59,648 nt of DNA, filler included, from Streblomastix strix (GCA_008636045.1; 3 parts of 3 records of this genome joined end to end with filler, not necessarily neighbours in it); one strand, 5' to 3'; shown: positions 39,314-52,930, numbered from the whole stretch's first letter. Notes: generated from the letters alone by a model not told the origin. Numbers and translations are program-made.

Positions 39314-39737
39314 CTAATTATTTGTATGAAACAACAAAATAAGCTGGTTTTATTTTACATAAGTACCATAGCGACCTGACTAGTTTGACGAAATTAGATT
39401 TATACATAAATTCATTTTCAAATACCTATTAAAATACATTTTATAATTATGCAAGTACTCCTATAATATAAAACTTTCAGTAGCACACAGAAAATGCATT
39501 TATAAACTTTTTATAGTTTTCTGCTCTAGCAGAAGTTTATAACACATCCTTATGAGTTTCTGTGAATACAATTAATTCTAAATCTATTTTATGACTTTAT
39601 ATTTTCTTAAATTTTCATTATTAGAGGAAAAAAAAAGCTCTAAATTAAACAATGCAAACAGGTGTGAAAAATTAAGCTACCAACAATTTTCGGACGTTGA
39701 TGACACGTGTATGCAAGGCTGTGCTTGATGGAAAACT
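39314..39737 (-). repeat. Right terminal inverted repeat
   Basis: ...GACACGTGTATGCAAGGCTGTGCTTGATGGAAAACT; reverse complement of 19927-20348. Confidence 0.92.
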
Positions 39738-39738
39738 G

Positions 39739-39838
39739 NNNNNNNNNNNNNNNNNNNNNNNNNNNNNNNNNNNNNNNNNNNNTTAATTAATTAANNNNNN
39801 NNNNNNNNNNNNNNNNNNNNNNNNNNNNNNNNNNNNNN
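39739..39838. other. Artificial contig linker
   Basis: N-run, TTAATTAATTAA, N-run. Confidence 0.98.
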
Positions 39839-40204
39839 ATAACTGGTTTATTGCGTCAGAGTCAACTATACCCGATGAGGGTTAGTACTCTTGCCCATTA
39901 ATAATAGCCTAAATGAAATGCACCGGCATTTTTCCGGATAACATATCACCATATCATAATTTTTAGAGATTTAAATCAGGGTGTTATATATGATCATATC
40001 GCCATATTTTACTATTTAATATATTATTATAACAAATCACATAACACATCAAATTAATTATATAAATTTTATATTAAATTATAATATTTGATACACCCAA
40101 TTAAAACATTTGCATATCACATAAACACATCACTCTAACATTTCAAAATAATTTGAAAGAAATTACATTTCACAATACTTTATATATACTCTTTATATGA
40201 CCCT

Positions 40205-40644
40205 TTGTATTCCAATAAAAGAATGAAGGCCGAATAATGGCCTGGGTAGTGAGAAAACCAGAGGAACGGTTGGGTTTTAAAACAACCCAGCAGTTAATGA
40301 GGCCTTCATTCTATTTAACTTTAACAAATCTAACATTTATTCTATATTTACACAGCCTTCAACAACTCAAATCACAGTCTCCGTGCACAAATGACGCAGT
40401 CGAGCTGTTGACATTTGAGGATCAAACCACTACTACTTCAGAAACTGAAGAAGATGAGCAATGAAACGCGATAGGAGGTTTCAAGCGAAGTATTGAAACG
40501 ATTGACGCATTTCACTGCATTATTTTATAAGCATTTTGCTATGGTATTTATTATCAAGTCAGTTTGTTTCGATCTGACCCATTGACTGGTCGGTTGTATT
40601 CCAATAAAAGAATGAAGGCCTCATTAACGGCTGGGTTGTTTTAA
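40205..40644. repeat. Mixed direct/inverted repeat cluster
   Basis: TTGTATTCCAATAAAAGAATGAAGGCC at 40205 and 40594; 40277-40312 is the reverse complement of 40609-40644 with one mismatch. Confidence 0.85.
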
Positions 40645-40859
40645 TGTTTATTAAGTAAAGAGAAAAAAGAAAGAACAAAGAAACATTACAAATCGGGCCT
40701 TATAAATGAAGGACAAGTATAAATGATGAAATAAAGGAAATATAAACTTGAAATAATGTTTGTGATTAAAATATAGTTAATATAAATAAATAATATAAAA
40801 ATTAATTCATAAGCTCATAGATAAAGGAGAAAAAGGTGCATAAAAGTTAAACACATAAA

Positions 40860-41620
40860 ATTTATCAATTCCCACTAAAATAATCTTGAATTATTCTTGT
40901 TAACGAAGTTCAATATTGCTCTTTTCGCTTTATTTTCATAATTCTAGATACAATTATAATATCCTTTACTGCTTAATTATGCATCAATTTTTTCTTTTGC
41001 TCTTTCATCCATAATTTTATCTTCTGACCTTTAAGCAAGAGCAGGTTATGGTGAAAATGATAAATACTGAGTATTTTAATCAAATTTCAAACTTTAACCT
41101 TTACTTGCTCGAGTGTCAGTAGAGTAAATTGAAGAAGAAGGAGCAAATGAAGAATTAGAAGCATAAATGAGTAATAAAGGATATTATGGTAGTATCAAGT
41201 ATTGGGCAAACAAAGCCAAAGTAGCGACACTGAACTTCTATATTGACTAGAGCAATTCATGTTAAAATTAGTTTCATAATTGAAGTGTTTGATCCATTTC
41301 ATATTCATGCAAATATATACTTCGCTGTTACAGCTGACTAAGAGACTTTTTATTCATGATTATCTCTTATGATGGGTTTGGTACTGATGATTATGATTCA
41401 GATTATTTGTTATTGGATGAGTTATTCAGGGATTTGATGTTTGATTTGTTCAGTTGAATAGGATTTCTTGTTCCATTTCTGGTTGAGCGTTTGGAAGTAT
41501 TCTGAGGAGAATATGGCTGTGAAATAAACGGTAGAATATTAATTGAGTGTTAATAATAAAGAGAAAATGTTAATACAATGAAAGTTGAGATATTGAATTA
41601 TTGAAGGGTGGTCGCATTCG
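40860..41620 (-). pseudogene. Hypothetical protein fragment
   Basis: Long table-6 frame (Ser/Asn-rich, then helical) with an in-frame TGA near 41275. Confidence 0.3.
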
Positions 41621-42308
41621 TAGCAAAACAAAACGCAGGATTGATTTGTAGTAGACACGGTTAATATTGCAGTCCCGATGCTTCAGGGCTTTATATCTAA
41701 ATAACCTACAAAATGTACAAAGCAAGTATAATAAAAATATTAAAAAATATTAAAAAAGCGAAATGGAGAATTTATATTTAATTTTGTAGAAGCAATTTAG
41801 CGTTATATATATTGAATAATTTGCGTTTTAAAAATTAAAAAATACTGCGGAGATATAATTGATTGAAATAAAACCTAAAATTATGATGAAGACAATTTGT
41901 TTAAAGAGATATATATCGATTTTGCAGAAAAAAATTCAAATTGGAATTAAATATTATTTTACTGTATAAAAACTTTCTAGATGCAGTATCAAACTTGCAG
42001 TTAAATGAAAAATAGATACAAAATAGAGTTAAATTAGATTATACTGTTTAATTTTTATGATAAAATTAGATTTTGTTAAATAGAGTAAAATTTCACGTAA
42101 TTTTTAGTTAAAATTTTATAATTATATTTATAATGAATTAATAATGGATACATATTACTAATTATTTGAAAACGAAAGAAAATTGCCTTCAAGATATCGA
42201 GCAAGCACGAAAAAATTATCAACCTTCAAATAATGTGAATAATAATTAGTTATAAATAATTTTATTTTTGTTAAAAATTAAAATTCTTTCCAAAGAGTAC
42301 TTTTACAG

Positions 42309-42484
42309 TCAAATAAACTTATATATTTTCCGCTTATCTATTCCACTGATATCGGATACATTGTACAATTCTTTCAGTGAAATAAATTCCCAATCATCAT
42401 TAGTTGTATCAAAGATGAACTTAAATTTATAAATAATAATCTCAAATTAAAAAAAAGAAGAAAATTGGGTCATACGAATGAATT
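42309..42484 (-). repeat. Tandemly duplicated last intron and exon of the kinase-SPRY gene
   Basis: FIFDTTNDDWEFISLKELYNVSDISGID vs LTFGTMNDEWEFISLKELDKGPDLSRIE. Confidence 0.8.
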
Positions 42485-45400
42485 TCACTCATATTTGAAC
42501 CGCCATCTTTCCTCGATTCTACTGAGATCAGGCCCTTTGTCAAGTTCTTTTAGCGAAATAAATTCCCATTCGTCATTCATAGTGCCAAAGGTCAACTGTA
42601 ATAAAATACATAAATAAGACTAATTAAATAAAATACAAATAAAAGTCATACAATAAATTTCACTCTATCTGGAAAGCTTATCACAGTGAATGGTTGAATT
42701 TCATTATTGATCTTTATGTTGAATGCGTGTGGATAACTTTCAAGATCAACAATAGCACTGACTTCATCACCAGACTTAATCTCTTCGCTATCTGAGCAAA
42801 TTTTTCCTATTCCCTTTATCCAAACAGTTTCCCCAAAGTAGCAAATGGAATCTAATTTAGAATAATAATAATAATAATAGAAAAAAGATCAAAATATTAA
42901 TATTAATAAATAAAGTAATGAATTTTAATTAATATGTTAAGATTTTGTAAAAAATATATAATTCAAACTGTTGTTATTAGAACTTCTAATGTTGAATGGA
43001 TGTGGAATTTCTATTTGTCGAGCATCAATTATTCCAATTCCTGCTGCATTTCTAATTATATTTCCTTTTGCTGTAAATTTCCAAATTCCAGAACTGATCA
43101 ATTAATCAAATGCAACCATTGTATTATCATTATTCTTAAGCTTAATGATGCTATTTTATGTTAATGAAATTGAGGCCATTTTTGAGAACTTGAAATGGTT
43201 AGGAGTTATATCTGCTGGTTTAATGAGAGTGACCTAATTTTATTCTTTAAGAGATGTAATAGATTATTACTTTTGTAATTATTATTAACTTGATAATAAT
43301 TTTCGATTTTATTGATGTGGGCTTTATTAAGGAGAAGATAATGAAGATTAGTATGATTATTATTTAATAAGATTAATAACAATGTTAAACAGATCTATTT
43401 TATCTGGATGTTTATCTGTGATGTGATTATTCATTTCACTGGAATATTAACTTGATTAACAAAATGGACAGGAAATATATTCATATTATTTATTAAGTTA
43501 TTGAGCATTGACAATCATTTTTATATTGTTGATGAATAATTATCCACCAGAGTGAATTTAGATGTGTTCAATGATATTGGTAGAAGGATGGGTTTATTTG
43601 CAAATATGACATTATATCTAATTATCTTTTTAATTACTATCTTGTTTATTTTACTATTATAAGTTTTGTTCAATTAAATTTAATTATTAATGGTGTTAAA
43701 GAAGTTATGTGAATAATGGATGTTTTTCTTCATGTCTAATATTTATATGAAAATATAAAATTGAAGTTTTTGTATTGCAGATCAGACAATCAAGATTTTC
43801 TCCCCTTTTATTTTTATATTCTCCTTTATCGTTCAATTCCAAGTGAGAAAGAAGATCTGAAGTATTTTTGTATAATTATTATTAATCTTTATTATGCGTT
43901 TTAATGTGAAAATCAATTTACTAATATTCAATTTGTTAATTACAGAACGGGCAATCAATTAAAGAAATTTTATTATTTTGTTCTTCTATTGCATTATAAT
44001 CTTCCATTCTTTCTTTCTCTCTTTAACTAATTTTTTTTTATTCTCCCATTTCATCATATTCAATTCTAATTCTATCTTCATCTTCTTCATCTTCTTATTT
44101 CTTAATCAATTATAATGTTAATTTAATGTTTTAAAATAGTAGATTGTATTATTCTTATTATTATTCTGTATGTTTTTCATTCAAATGATTTATAATTTCT
44201 TAAGTATCTACCATTAAATAGCAAAATGGGCAATATGCATATTTATCTCTATAAGAAATGTTTTATTCAAATTTATAGTCCGATTATTCAAGAATTGATT
44301 TTGTAATGTCTTTTATATTATTATATAATAATTCTTTTTCTCTATGAAACTAATGGATATGATCTTATATTTCTGTTGCTGATGTGTCTATATCACAATA
44401 TGGACAGAGTATTTTTCCTTCTCTAAATAATCTTTCCTATTCAACTTCCTTTCTTTTTATTTCATTTAACCTTTCTAATTTCAATTCTAATTCAATTGTA
44501 TGAAAAAGAAGATCAAATTAATTATTTTGTTCATTGTGTTCTCTTTTAACATGATCTTATATATATGCAGAATCTTATTATTTAAAGCAGAATGGACATT
44601 GAACATATTCACCCCATTTGATGGTTACTTATCCTCTATAGTCAAATTATTTATTTTTATTGATTGTTTATGTTATTATCTTTATCTTATAATATTAATC
44701 TTCTTATTCATTATGCCATATGCGAATATGACTGAAGAAATCTGATCCTATTTTTGGGTAATTGCAAAATGGGCAAATAATCATTCCTATATCAAATGCT
44801 TTTTTCTCTTCCTCTTATTGGAGCTTTAATGCACCTTTCTTATTTTCTTCTTCTTATAATTAATTTCTTACCCTATCTTATACATTTATTTATTATTAAT
44901 TTCCCCTTTACATTTATTCAATTAGTCTTAATGATGCTTCTTCTTCTTTTTTCTTCCTTACTATTTCTTTTCTTTCTTCTCTTTATACCTTTTCTATATA
45001 TTTCTTTGATACTTCTTCTTCGTATTTTTATTTTCTTCTTCTTTCTTCTAATTCTCTTTATTACTTTTATTCATCTCTTCTTCTCTAATAAGATTAATTG
45101 TGTTCATCAATATGTTATTGATATTTAGAGAATGGAATTTTGTTATGGCAAATTTCACATTCTATTAAAGTCATATCAGTATCATCATTTTATCTCTCTT
45201 TTTCTTTTTCCTTTTCTTTTTCTTTTAGTTTACTTTATAAACTGCTATTCTCAGATTATTTACTATTCAATTCTTATAAATTCAATTGATTTGACAGTTA
45301 ATTGGATTAATTTTATTATGCATATGAAGATCCTGATTGTATTTGTAGACTATTTAAAATAAGAGGTGATTATTACTTTAAATTAATATTTGGGCTTTTT

Positions 45401-45817
45401 GGTTATGGTTGAATATTTGTATTTAAATTAGGAAGTTCAGAATTATTCTGATAATTTGGAGGTGTTATATATTGAGGAGTTTGTTATGAAGTATATTACT
45501 GAAATTATTATATATTTTATGTTTATTTGAATTAATTCTAAATTTATGGATATTGTAACTGTTATTGAATTTATTATTAATTATTAAATTACTTTTGATT
45601 CTGTTATACCAATTGTTAAACATCTCTAGAATACGATTCTTATACACCAGGATTTATTAATAGTTCTTGTTAAGGTTGAAAATGATATTCCTATTATTAT
45701 ATTTATGGTTATTGGTACTGATTTGGTGGATAAACTTATTGATTAATATTTGGAGCAACAACTGCAGGAGGAGTTTAGTAGTATATTTATTATTGTAATG
45801 GTTGAATGGCAGGAATA

Positions 45818-45856
<39 letters not shown>

Positions 45857-48366
45857 GGTTAATATACTTAATTATATTATTATTATGGGTAATATTCTGG
45901 GTTATATTATTATTACGTGTTAAATTATTATTACGGATTTTGTGGATTATTCTGATTTACTGGAAGAGGTTATTATGCTATTTGAATTTGTTATTATTAT
46001 AATATTTATGGTTATTGTTTTTGAGGAATTTAAATATCTGATTGAAATTGAATATTAGGTTTTGGAGGTAATAATATAGAATTTCCTAATTATTCTGAAA
46101 AAAATATAAATATATATTGTATAAAGAAATTTAAAACAAAATAAACCAAATTAAGTTAAACTATTAATATTATAAAATCAAACATTCTTATTCATTATTA
46201 ACAAATCCTGAAATAGAAAGATCTCATTATAAAACTTAGGGAGTTATCTAAATAGGTTATAAATCTTATTAATCTTATTAATAATAATTAAATCGTGTTG
46301 AGAGTATTTTCTATTATTCAGCTTCAGGATTCATGTTCAAAAATGTCTATATAATAAATATTGGATATATATTAAAAAAATTAGTTAAAGATATTATAAC
46401 AAATGAATTAAAATACAATTAACAATTTTTATACATTATTTATTAAATACCATTATTTCAGAAGTTGGAGCTGTAAAAGTTTAATCTAAGTCATATTTTG
46501 TAATCTATTTATCTCCATTTTAGAATGCAATAGAAGCTATTATGAAAAATAAAATAAATAAAATTTAATAAACAAATCAATAAAACTTACTATAATTATT
46601 TTCAAATATGTTTGATTTAACAATTAATAATTATAATTAATACCATTTAATGAAATCTATCTCGCCTCAACATTAACTTCGGCAAAGGCTTGTGATGCTA
46701 AAATAATAATATTATTATTATTAAAAATATAAAAAAACAAATATTTTTTAATTAAAATATAAAATGATATAAGAAATGACACAAAAGTTTATTGATATTG
46801 TTCATACATGTGAAATATGAATGTTAAAGTGCTTGCTCTGCTGAGAATCTTTTGTTTGGATCAAATTCAAGAAGTTTTGTAAGAAGATCACGAAGTAAAT
46901 TATCTTTAATTAATTTAAATTATTCAATTCTTTACATTTTCATTTTTCTGTTGCAAATTGTAAAATATGAGAATAAAATGAAATAAATAATAATTAAATT
47001 TTAAATTATTAAATAATAAAATAAGAATAATAATGAAATTTTTAATAATATTTAAATTCTTCATTTAATAAATAGATAAAATGTATACTTTTATAAATCA
47101 AGAAGACTATTCGCTTTAATTGGATATTCATGAGTTGCAAGTTAGAAGAGTACAACTCCAACTGACCACATATCAACCTAAAATAATTGAAATATAAAAT
47201 ATAAAATATAATATAAATAAAATAATAAATAATTATATTCTATAATGCAATCATATTTTTCAAACTTTGTTATTTCCTGGTGAAGTGCCTAAAAGTAGTT
47301 CAGGTGCCTGAATGAATAAAATTATAAAAAATTAGTAGAAAAAATTATGATCTTAATTATATCAAAGTGTTTTTTAATATAATTTTTTTTAATTATTTTA
47401 TTTACAATTAATTCAAACCATATTAAATGGAGTTCCTAAATCTGTTACTGCCAATTATGCTTCTGAAATAACTTTTGCTAAGCCAAAATCTGCAATTTTA
47501 ACTTTGATACTTCCTGAATAATTAAATATTGAAATATATAATATTAATAAACTATATTAATTTATTATATAGTTTCCAATTTACAAACCACTTGAAGAAT
47601 GCATCATAATATTTTCAGCTTTAATATCTCTATAATAATAAAATTAATAAAATACTTAATATGAGTAATAAATAAAATTTGGTTCAATTAAAAGCTAACC
47701 TATGGATTAGTCCAGCAGCATGAACCAATCTCATTCCTTCAACTGAATTCAAAGATGAAAATATATTTGTAATAAAATTTAATAAAGAATTTAAGATGAA
47801 TTTAATAATCTATTAAAATAAAATTCATACGGATTTATTTTGACAGTGCTCGACATGTTCCGCTTGAGAGATTCTTTGTCTTGTCTTTGACAATTGAGTC
47901 AACAGACTATAAAGTTAATTATGCAAATGAAAAATAAATTTTCAAAACAATTAGATTTGTATAAATTTAATTAGGAAAACTAAGCAAACTTTCGCATTAG
48001 CATATTCCATCAAGATCACAGCATCCGTTTCAAATGCTTTTGCCCGAAGATACTTCATTATGAATGGGCATTGAAATTCAGGTCTATAAAACAAAAATCA
48101 ACCATAATTCAGAGCGAAGAGGAAAAGAAAATTTTAAGCGAACCGATTTAATTTGCCTGCTGCATCCCACTCTCGCTCATAAAACTTTTCAAGACTCATC
48201 ACCTTTGCGGAAATAATACCCAATTCGTTATTATACGAAAGGTAGACCCTTTGGGCAGAGAAAAAAATGAGAATTACGATAATTTGCAGAAAAAATGCAC
48301 AGCTAACCTTCCAGATGCTCCATTTCCTAAATTTTATTTAGATATTTTTTGAAATATTGTTGTCAT
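42485..48366 (-). CDS. Multi-exon Ser/Thr protein kinase with Gln/Pro-rich linker, coiled coil, several CxxC...H...H zinc-finger-like motifs and C-terminal SPRY-like domain
   Basis: LGNGASGR/VY, AK, LMEY, IH/RDIKAEN, IADFGLAK, GTPFNM/APE, DMWSVGV, DPNKRFSAEQAL over many GT-AG introns; CPFC..HIRIWH, CPYC..HIHQFH, CPFC..HIKTH; VAFD..SGIWKF..GIGI; start approximate. Confidence 0.88.
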
Positions 48367-49085
48367 AATATAATTTGCATACCGAGCAATTTGAGTGCCT
48401 ATACATGGAGAAAAGGATGTTGAAAATATAAATGGCAAATAGTTTGATAAGTAAAAATAATTAATTTAAACCTCGATGCTATTTTCCTTTAGTAATATAA
48501 CATCATCCATACTGATGGTAATTAAAGGCACCTGGTTGAACGTGCAACAAAATATGAACCAAGTGAAAAAAAATTTAAAACAATATAATCGATCAGCATT
48601 AATTTTTTTTATATTTATAATTTATAAGTAAAATATTTATATTACTTATAGTAAGATTGTGTTGTTTAAATTTGTCAATTTCGTCCATCGTGCCCAATTT
48701 TCATACGAAGAATCAGGCAAAATGTTATGAAAATATTTAAATTTGTTAAGCGTACCATTAACAAATTACAAATTGACGATTCTGCCACAATTTTTCCCAG
48801 TAACAGTTCCGTTACTCCAATTAATTTTTGACGGAAACATCAAATGATTAATTTCTAGTTAACAATTAAATGTTAATTTTTGTTACCATTTTAAAATAAA
48901 ATTACATTGATGATATATATAAATTTAAATATGAAATAATAATAAAATCTTGCTGTTTAGATTAGTTTGAAACAGAAGTGAAATAAATGACAAATTTATT
49001 TTTCTTTTAAGAACAATATAAATTTATGCTAAAAATAATTATTTACCGTGAATGTACACATATAAGCATATATTCAAATTTTTGA

Positions 49086-50824
49086 ATATGAGCATTTGCA
49101 AACGAAAAAAATTGTACTATATTATATTCAATAAAAAAAATTAATAAATTATAATTGTATCAAAAAATGAGCCACGGATGAACGAAATAGCTTGCTTGAT
49201 TCATGCAGCGCTGTATCGAAAATTGATTCCTAAACCTAGGACAGCGTTAAAAATGCGTTAACAAGCATAAATTGAATAACTTGAGGAGAAAATTGAAGAA
49301 TTATAGTAGATTATTTGCATAAATGATGGAATTAATATGCAAATATCTAGTTTTTCTCCTAAAAACTTAAATATTCCTTTGTTAACTTCAATAGTATATG
49401 GTAACACTTTTAGATAATTAAAATCAGAGAATATGCTATAGATTTCACATTCAAAATATATTATAGTGAAATAGAGATTAGCATTAGGAGATTTTCGGCC
49501 AATTTAGGAATTGCGCACTTAAGTTATATGAAATATTGGGATTCATTATTTAGCGGGAGTTATTACATTTTTCAAAAAGATTCTTCTTGAAGATGGGCTT
49601 TTGCTACAGAGTCAATTGATGAACAAGAACTTCGATATAACAAAGACGTCGACAACTGAATCAAATTAAATGAATACTGATAGAAAAAGGAGATATTGAG
49701 AAGAAAAAAATAAAAAAAAGAAGAAGAACTTAAACTGATGAGGAATATGTAGATCAAGGTATTTATGAAGATGATAGCAGGGATTCAACGTTTTGCATGG
49801 ATAAAGAAAAACCAGACATGAGTCACAAACCACAAAAGGAGAATAGACAAAACGATTCAGATAAGATAATTTATCTGAATGTAACTAACGGAGACTGTGA
49901 AGTTTTCAATCGAACTCTTTCCGCTTACTTCTTTCTGGATATCTTGGATGCACCAAATTTATGCATCTATGGCCTATATGATATTTTTTAAGAGAAAAAA
50001 ATGATATATTAAAGTAAAAGATCTCTCTTTCAAACTTTCTTTACACTAATCCCTTTCATTTAAATGAGTGAAAGAACATTTTATAATAAATCCCATAATC
50101 CACTTGAACCAATGTCTAGAATCGATCTGCGTAATGAATGCAACTAAGCCGATCTAGTTTTCTTCATGATTAACAATAAAAATGCCTAAAGAAGACATTC
50201 ATTCTCTGTCTCAATTGGCAATCAAGCTTCATCTATTGACTGTAAGACAGGCTGCGCTTCATGGTAATGAATCGCTAGTGCATGATATAATCATATATGA
50301 AAAAATATAATTAAATATAGAGAAAGTAATATATTTTATTCATACTATTTTAATTTTCAGATTCAACTTTGATAAGTTCGATTTGATAGCAGACTACTTA
50401 GATATTGGCAGATTTAAACAATTTCTAAGTTTTATAGAGAGTGATGGAAAAGTTGTGGCTCGTCCATTAACTGAAATTGACCAAATTGGCGAACAGAAGT
50501 ATAAAATGAAATCACTAGAGCGTAATGTTCGAGGAACACCAAAGCGATCAACGGTACCGATATTTAGTTCATGAAATAATAATTATTAATAGATTATGTT
50601 AAAATAATTCCATATTTTTTAAAAAAATATTATAAAAATTTCCGATTTAAAATAGTAATTCTTTTTTTTTTTTAATTTAATATATTGCTTTTAAAAATCT
50701 TTGAATAAAGACTGGTAGTGCGTTTTGACAACTTTAAATATAATATATGTAATATATATGTATTACACATTTTATTTAAACATATTTAAAAGAATTGAAC
50801 TTTTTCGTTTGCAAATGCTCATAT
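49086..50824 (+). mobile_element. TIR-bounded DNA transposon relic, possibly ISL2EU/Harbinger-like
   Basis: Perfect 24-bp inverted repeat ATATGAGCATTTGCAAACGAAAAA (49086-49109 / 50801-50824), readable as AT duplication plus GAGCA termini; decayed internal ORF; superfamily is an inference. Confidence 0.65.
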
Positions 50825-51309
50825 AAATTACTGAATAAGTGTTACGAAATTTGTAAGTTCCATCACTCAATTAAATTGTGACAGAAGCTTTCCTCCATTA
50901 ATTGGAGAAGAAAATAGTTTATAATTTGCAAGTACTATTTGATATTTATATCACATCTAGTATTTTCTTTACAATTAAATAATAAATTTATTATTATAGT
51001 CTATAAATGACTTTAATATGATTTATATAAATATTATTACCAGTTTCATATATATTAAATTCTAACTTAAATTTCGATTTTTTCAAACGATTATTAAATA
51101 AATTTTTGAACATGTTAAACTTAAATCATCATAATATACAATTTAATGAGAATTTTATTTAAATTTTTATAGCACTGATGTTAGACTTATTAATAAAAAC
51201 TGAATAAATTTTTTTAAAATAAATATTTCAATGCACACTATGTACATTAAAACTAATAATAAATTTATAATTTTTTCAAATTAAATTTAAATTTTAAATT
51301 ATTTTATAT

Positions 51310-52930
51310 TTTGATAAGAATCTATTAGATTAATACTTAGAGATGTTTATACGAAGCTGATATTAGGATTTAATGAACTGTTTAGAGCTTAATTAGATTA
51401 AATAAGAAGAATAAAGAAGCTATTAAATGGTATTTAAATTTATATATTAGAATATATATCCTGAGTTCAATTACATTTCAATTTATTTATTATCTTTCAT
51501 TTTGATTATAACAGGGGAGTCAGATACAGAGGATGGTAGAAAAGTGGAGATTATTGGTATTTAAAATTTTGAATTATAGTTATAATTATTTAGAAGCCTT
51601 TATAGTTTTATAGTAGTTTGAATTGAATCTCAATTTTTTAATGTGTGAAGTTTATCTTTGATAAAGTTGTAAATATTTAAATATTAAATAAGTGAATATA
51701 TTAATTAAAATATAAACAAATAAAATTTCATGATTGTACAATTTTTTAAATGTAAGTTTTTAGCTAAATTAATTGATGCTTTTGTTTTAGCTTAATTAAC
51801 TTTTCATCAAACCAGAAAATTATTTTATTATAATAAAAATAATTTATTTATTTAAAGAAATTATATAGAAGTTAAAAATTTAAAATACAAACGTTTGGAA
51901 TTTTGTATTCTTTAATTGAGCAGCATTTGTGACTTGGAATTTGAATAAAATACAATAATAATTAAAATTATACATATATAAATATAACTTGAATCACAAA
52001 AAATATTTACTAATACAAAATATTTAATGTTTGAGGTGAAAAATTATAGTAAAAAAATAATATTTTTGATCTCGATCAGGAAAGCATAAAATAATATACT
52101 TTCCAATTAAAATATAAATGAAACAAATCATGGAATAATAATTGTAGGATGAAGTTCCCTAATCGTACAAGAGTATGATTGAAATTAACTGAACTCATAT
52201 GTATAAATATAATATATTATTTATGAGCAGCTTATCAGGATCCGAGTTTATCCTGTTTGGACGGATTAATTCTCCATCCTATATAATCAAACGGAGTGAG
52301 ATCATTTAATAATAAAATAATTATTGATTTACTACCTGATCAACCTTATGATGTACATCAATCTATTCCAGCATTAGATAATTAGGGTATTTAATATTTA
52401 TATATATTGAGTATTTATTAATTAATTCATTAATTTATTTATTCTTTTATCGATAATATATTTATTAGAATAAAACAGCAACAATTGAACTACCAGGTTG
52501 CTTTGCTAAGTTCCAACGTTCACACAATCAGAATGTAACAAAATCAAAGTGGTCCGATGACGAAGATAAAGTCTTATAAGAAGCTGTGAAGGTTTACAAA
52601 CTTTTTATTATTACTATTATATTAATTTGTTATTATTATTTTATTCCTCAGCTTTATTGATTGAAGAATTGAGCATAAGTAGTCAATTGTTTAGATGGAA
52701 GAACAGGATAGTAGTGTTTACATAGATATTAGAAGACACTTGCACCTGATTTAAAGAAAAGGAAATGTGAATCTGAAGAAGATAGAAGATGAATAAAAAT
52801 AAGAAGTAGATGAATAAGAATAGAATCAAGGTGATGATATAATGATTAAGATGAAAGATGGTGAAGATAGTTCTTTCTTAGATGTGGATAAGAATAATTA
52901 AAGAATAAAGAGCTATAAAGATCATCTGAT
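51310..52930 (+). pseudogene. Myb/SANT-repeat protein, disrupted
   Basis: KSKWSDDEDKVLQEAVK / LY*LKN*AQVVNCLDGRTGQQCLHRYQKTLAPDLKKRKCESEED; in-frame TGAs; 5' boundary uncertain. Confidence 0.75.

Larger units (their letters stand above)
19927..39737. mobile_element. Inverted-repeat-bounded Polinton/Maverick-like element, copy 2 (degenerate; no PolB recognised)
   Basis: Long TIRs enclosing integrase, HNH, KilA-N, ATPase, MCP-like, fibre and pVI-like ORFs; whether the whole span is one element is uncertain. Confidence 0.7.

Noticed and set aside
44500..46002. Hydrophobic Leu/Phe/Ile-rich plus-strand ORFs in the ORF track
   Set aside because: Antisense shadows of the Lys/Glu/Gln-rich minus-strand kinase gene
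52655..52680. TGA at a conserved Myb Trp position suggesting TGA=Trp or selenocysteine recoding
   Set aside because: TGA also replaces Gly, Cys or Arg in decayed ORFs with frameshifts, and intact genes end in TGA; best explained as pseudogene point mutations
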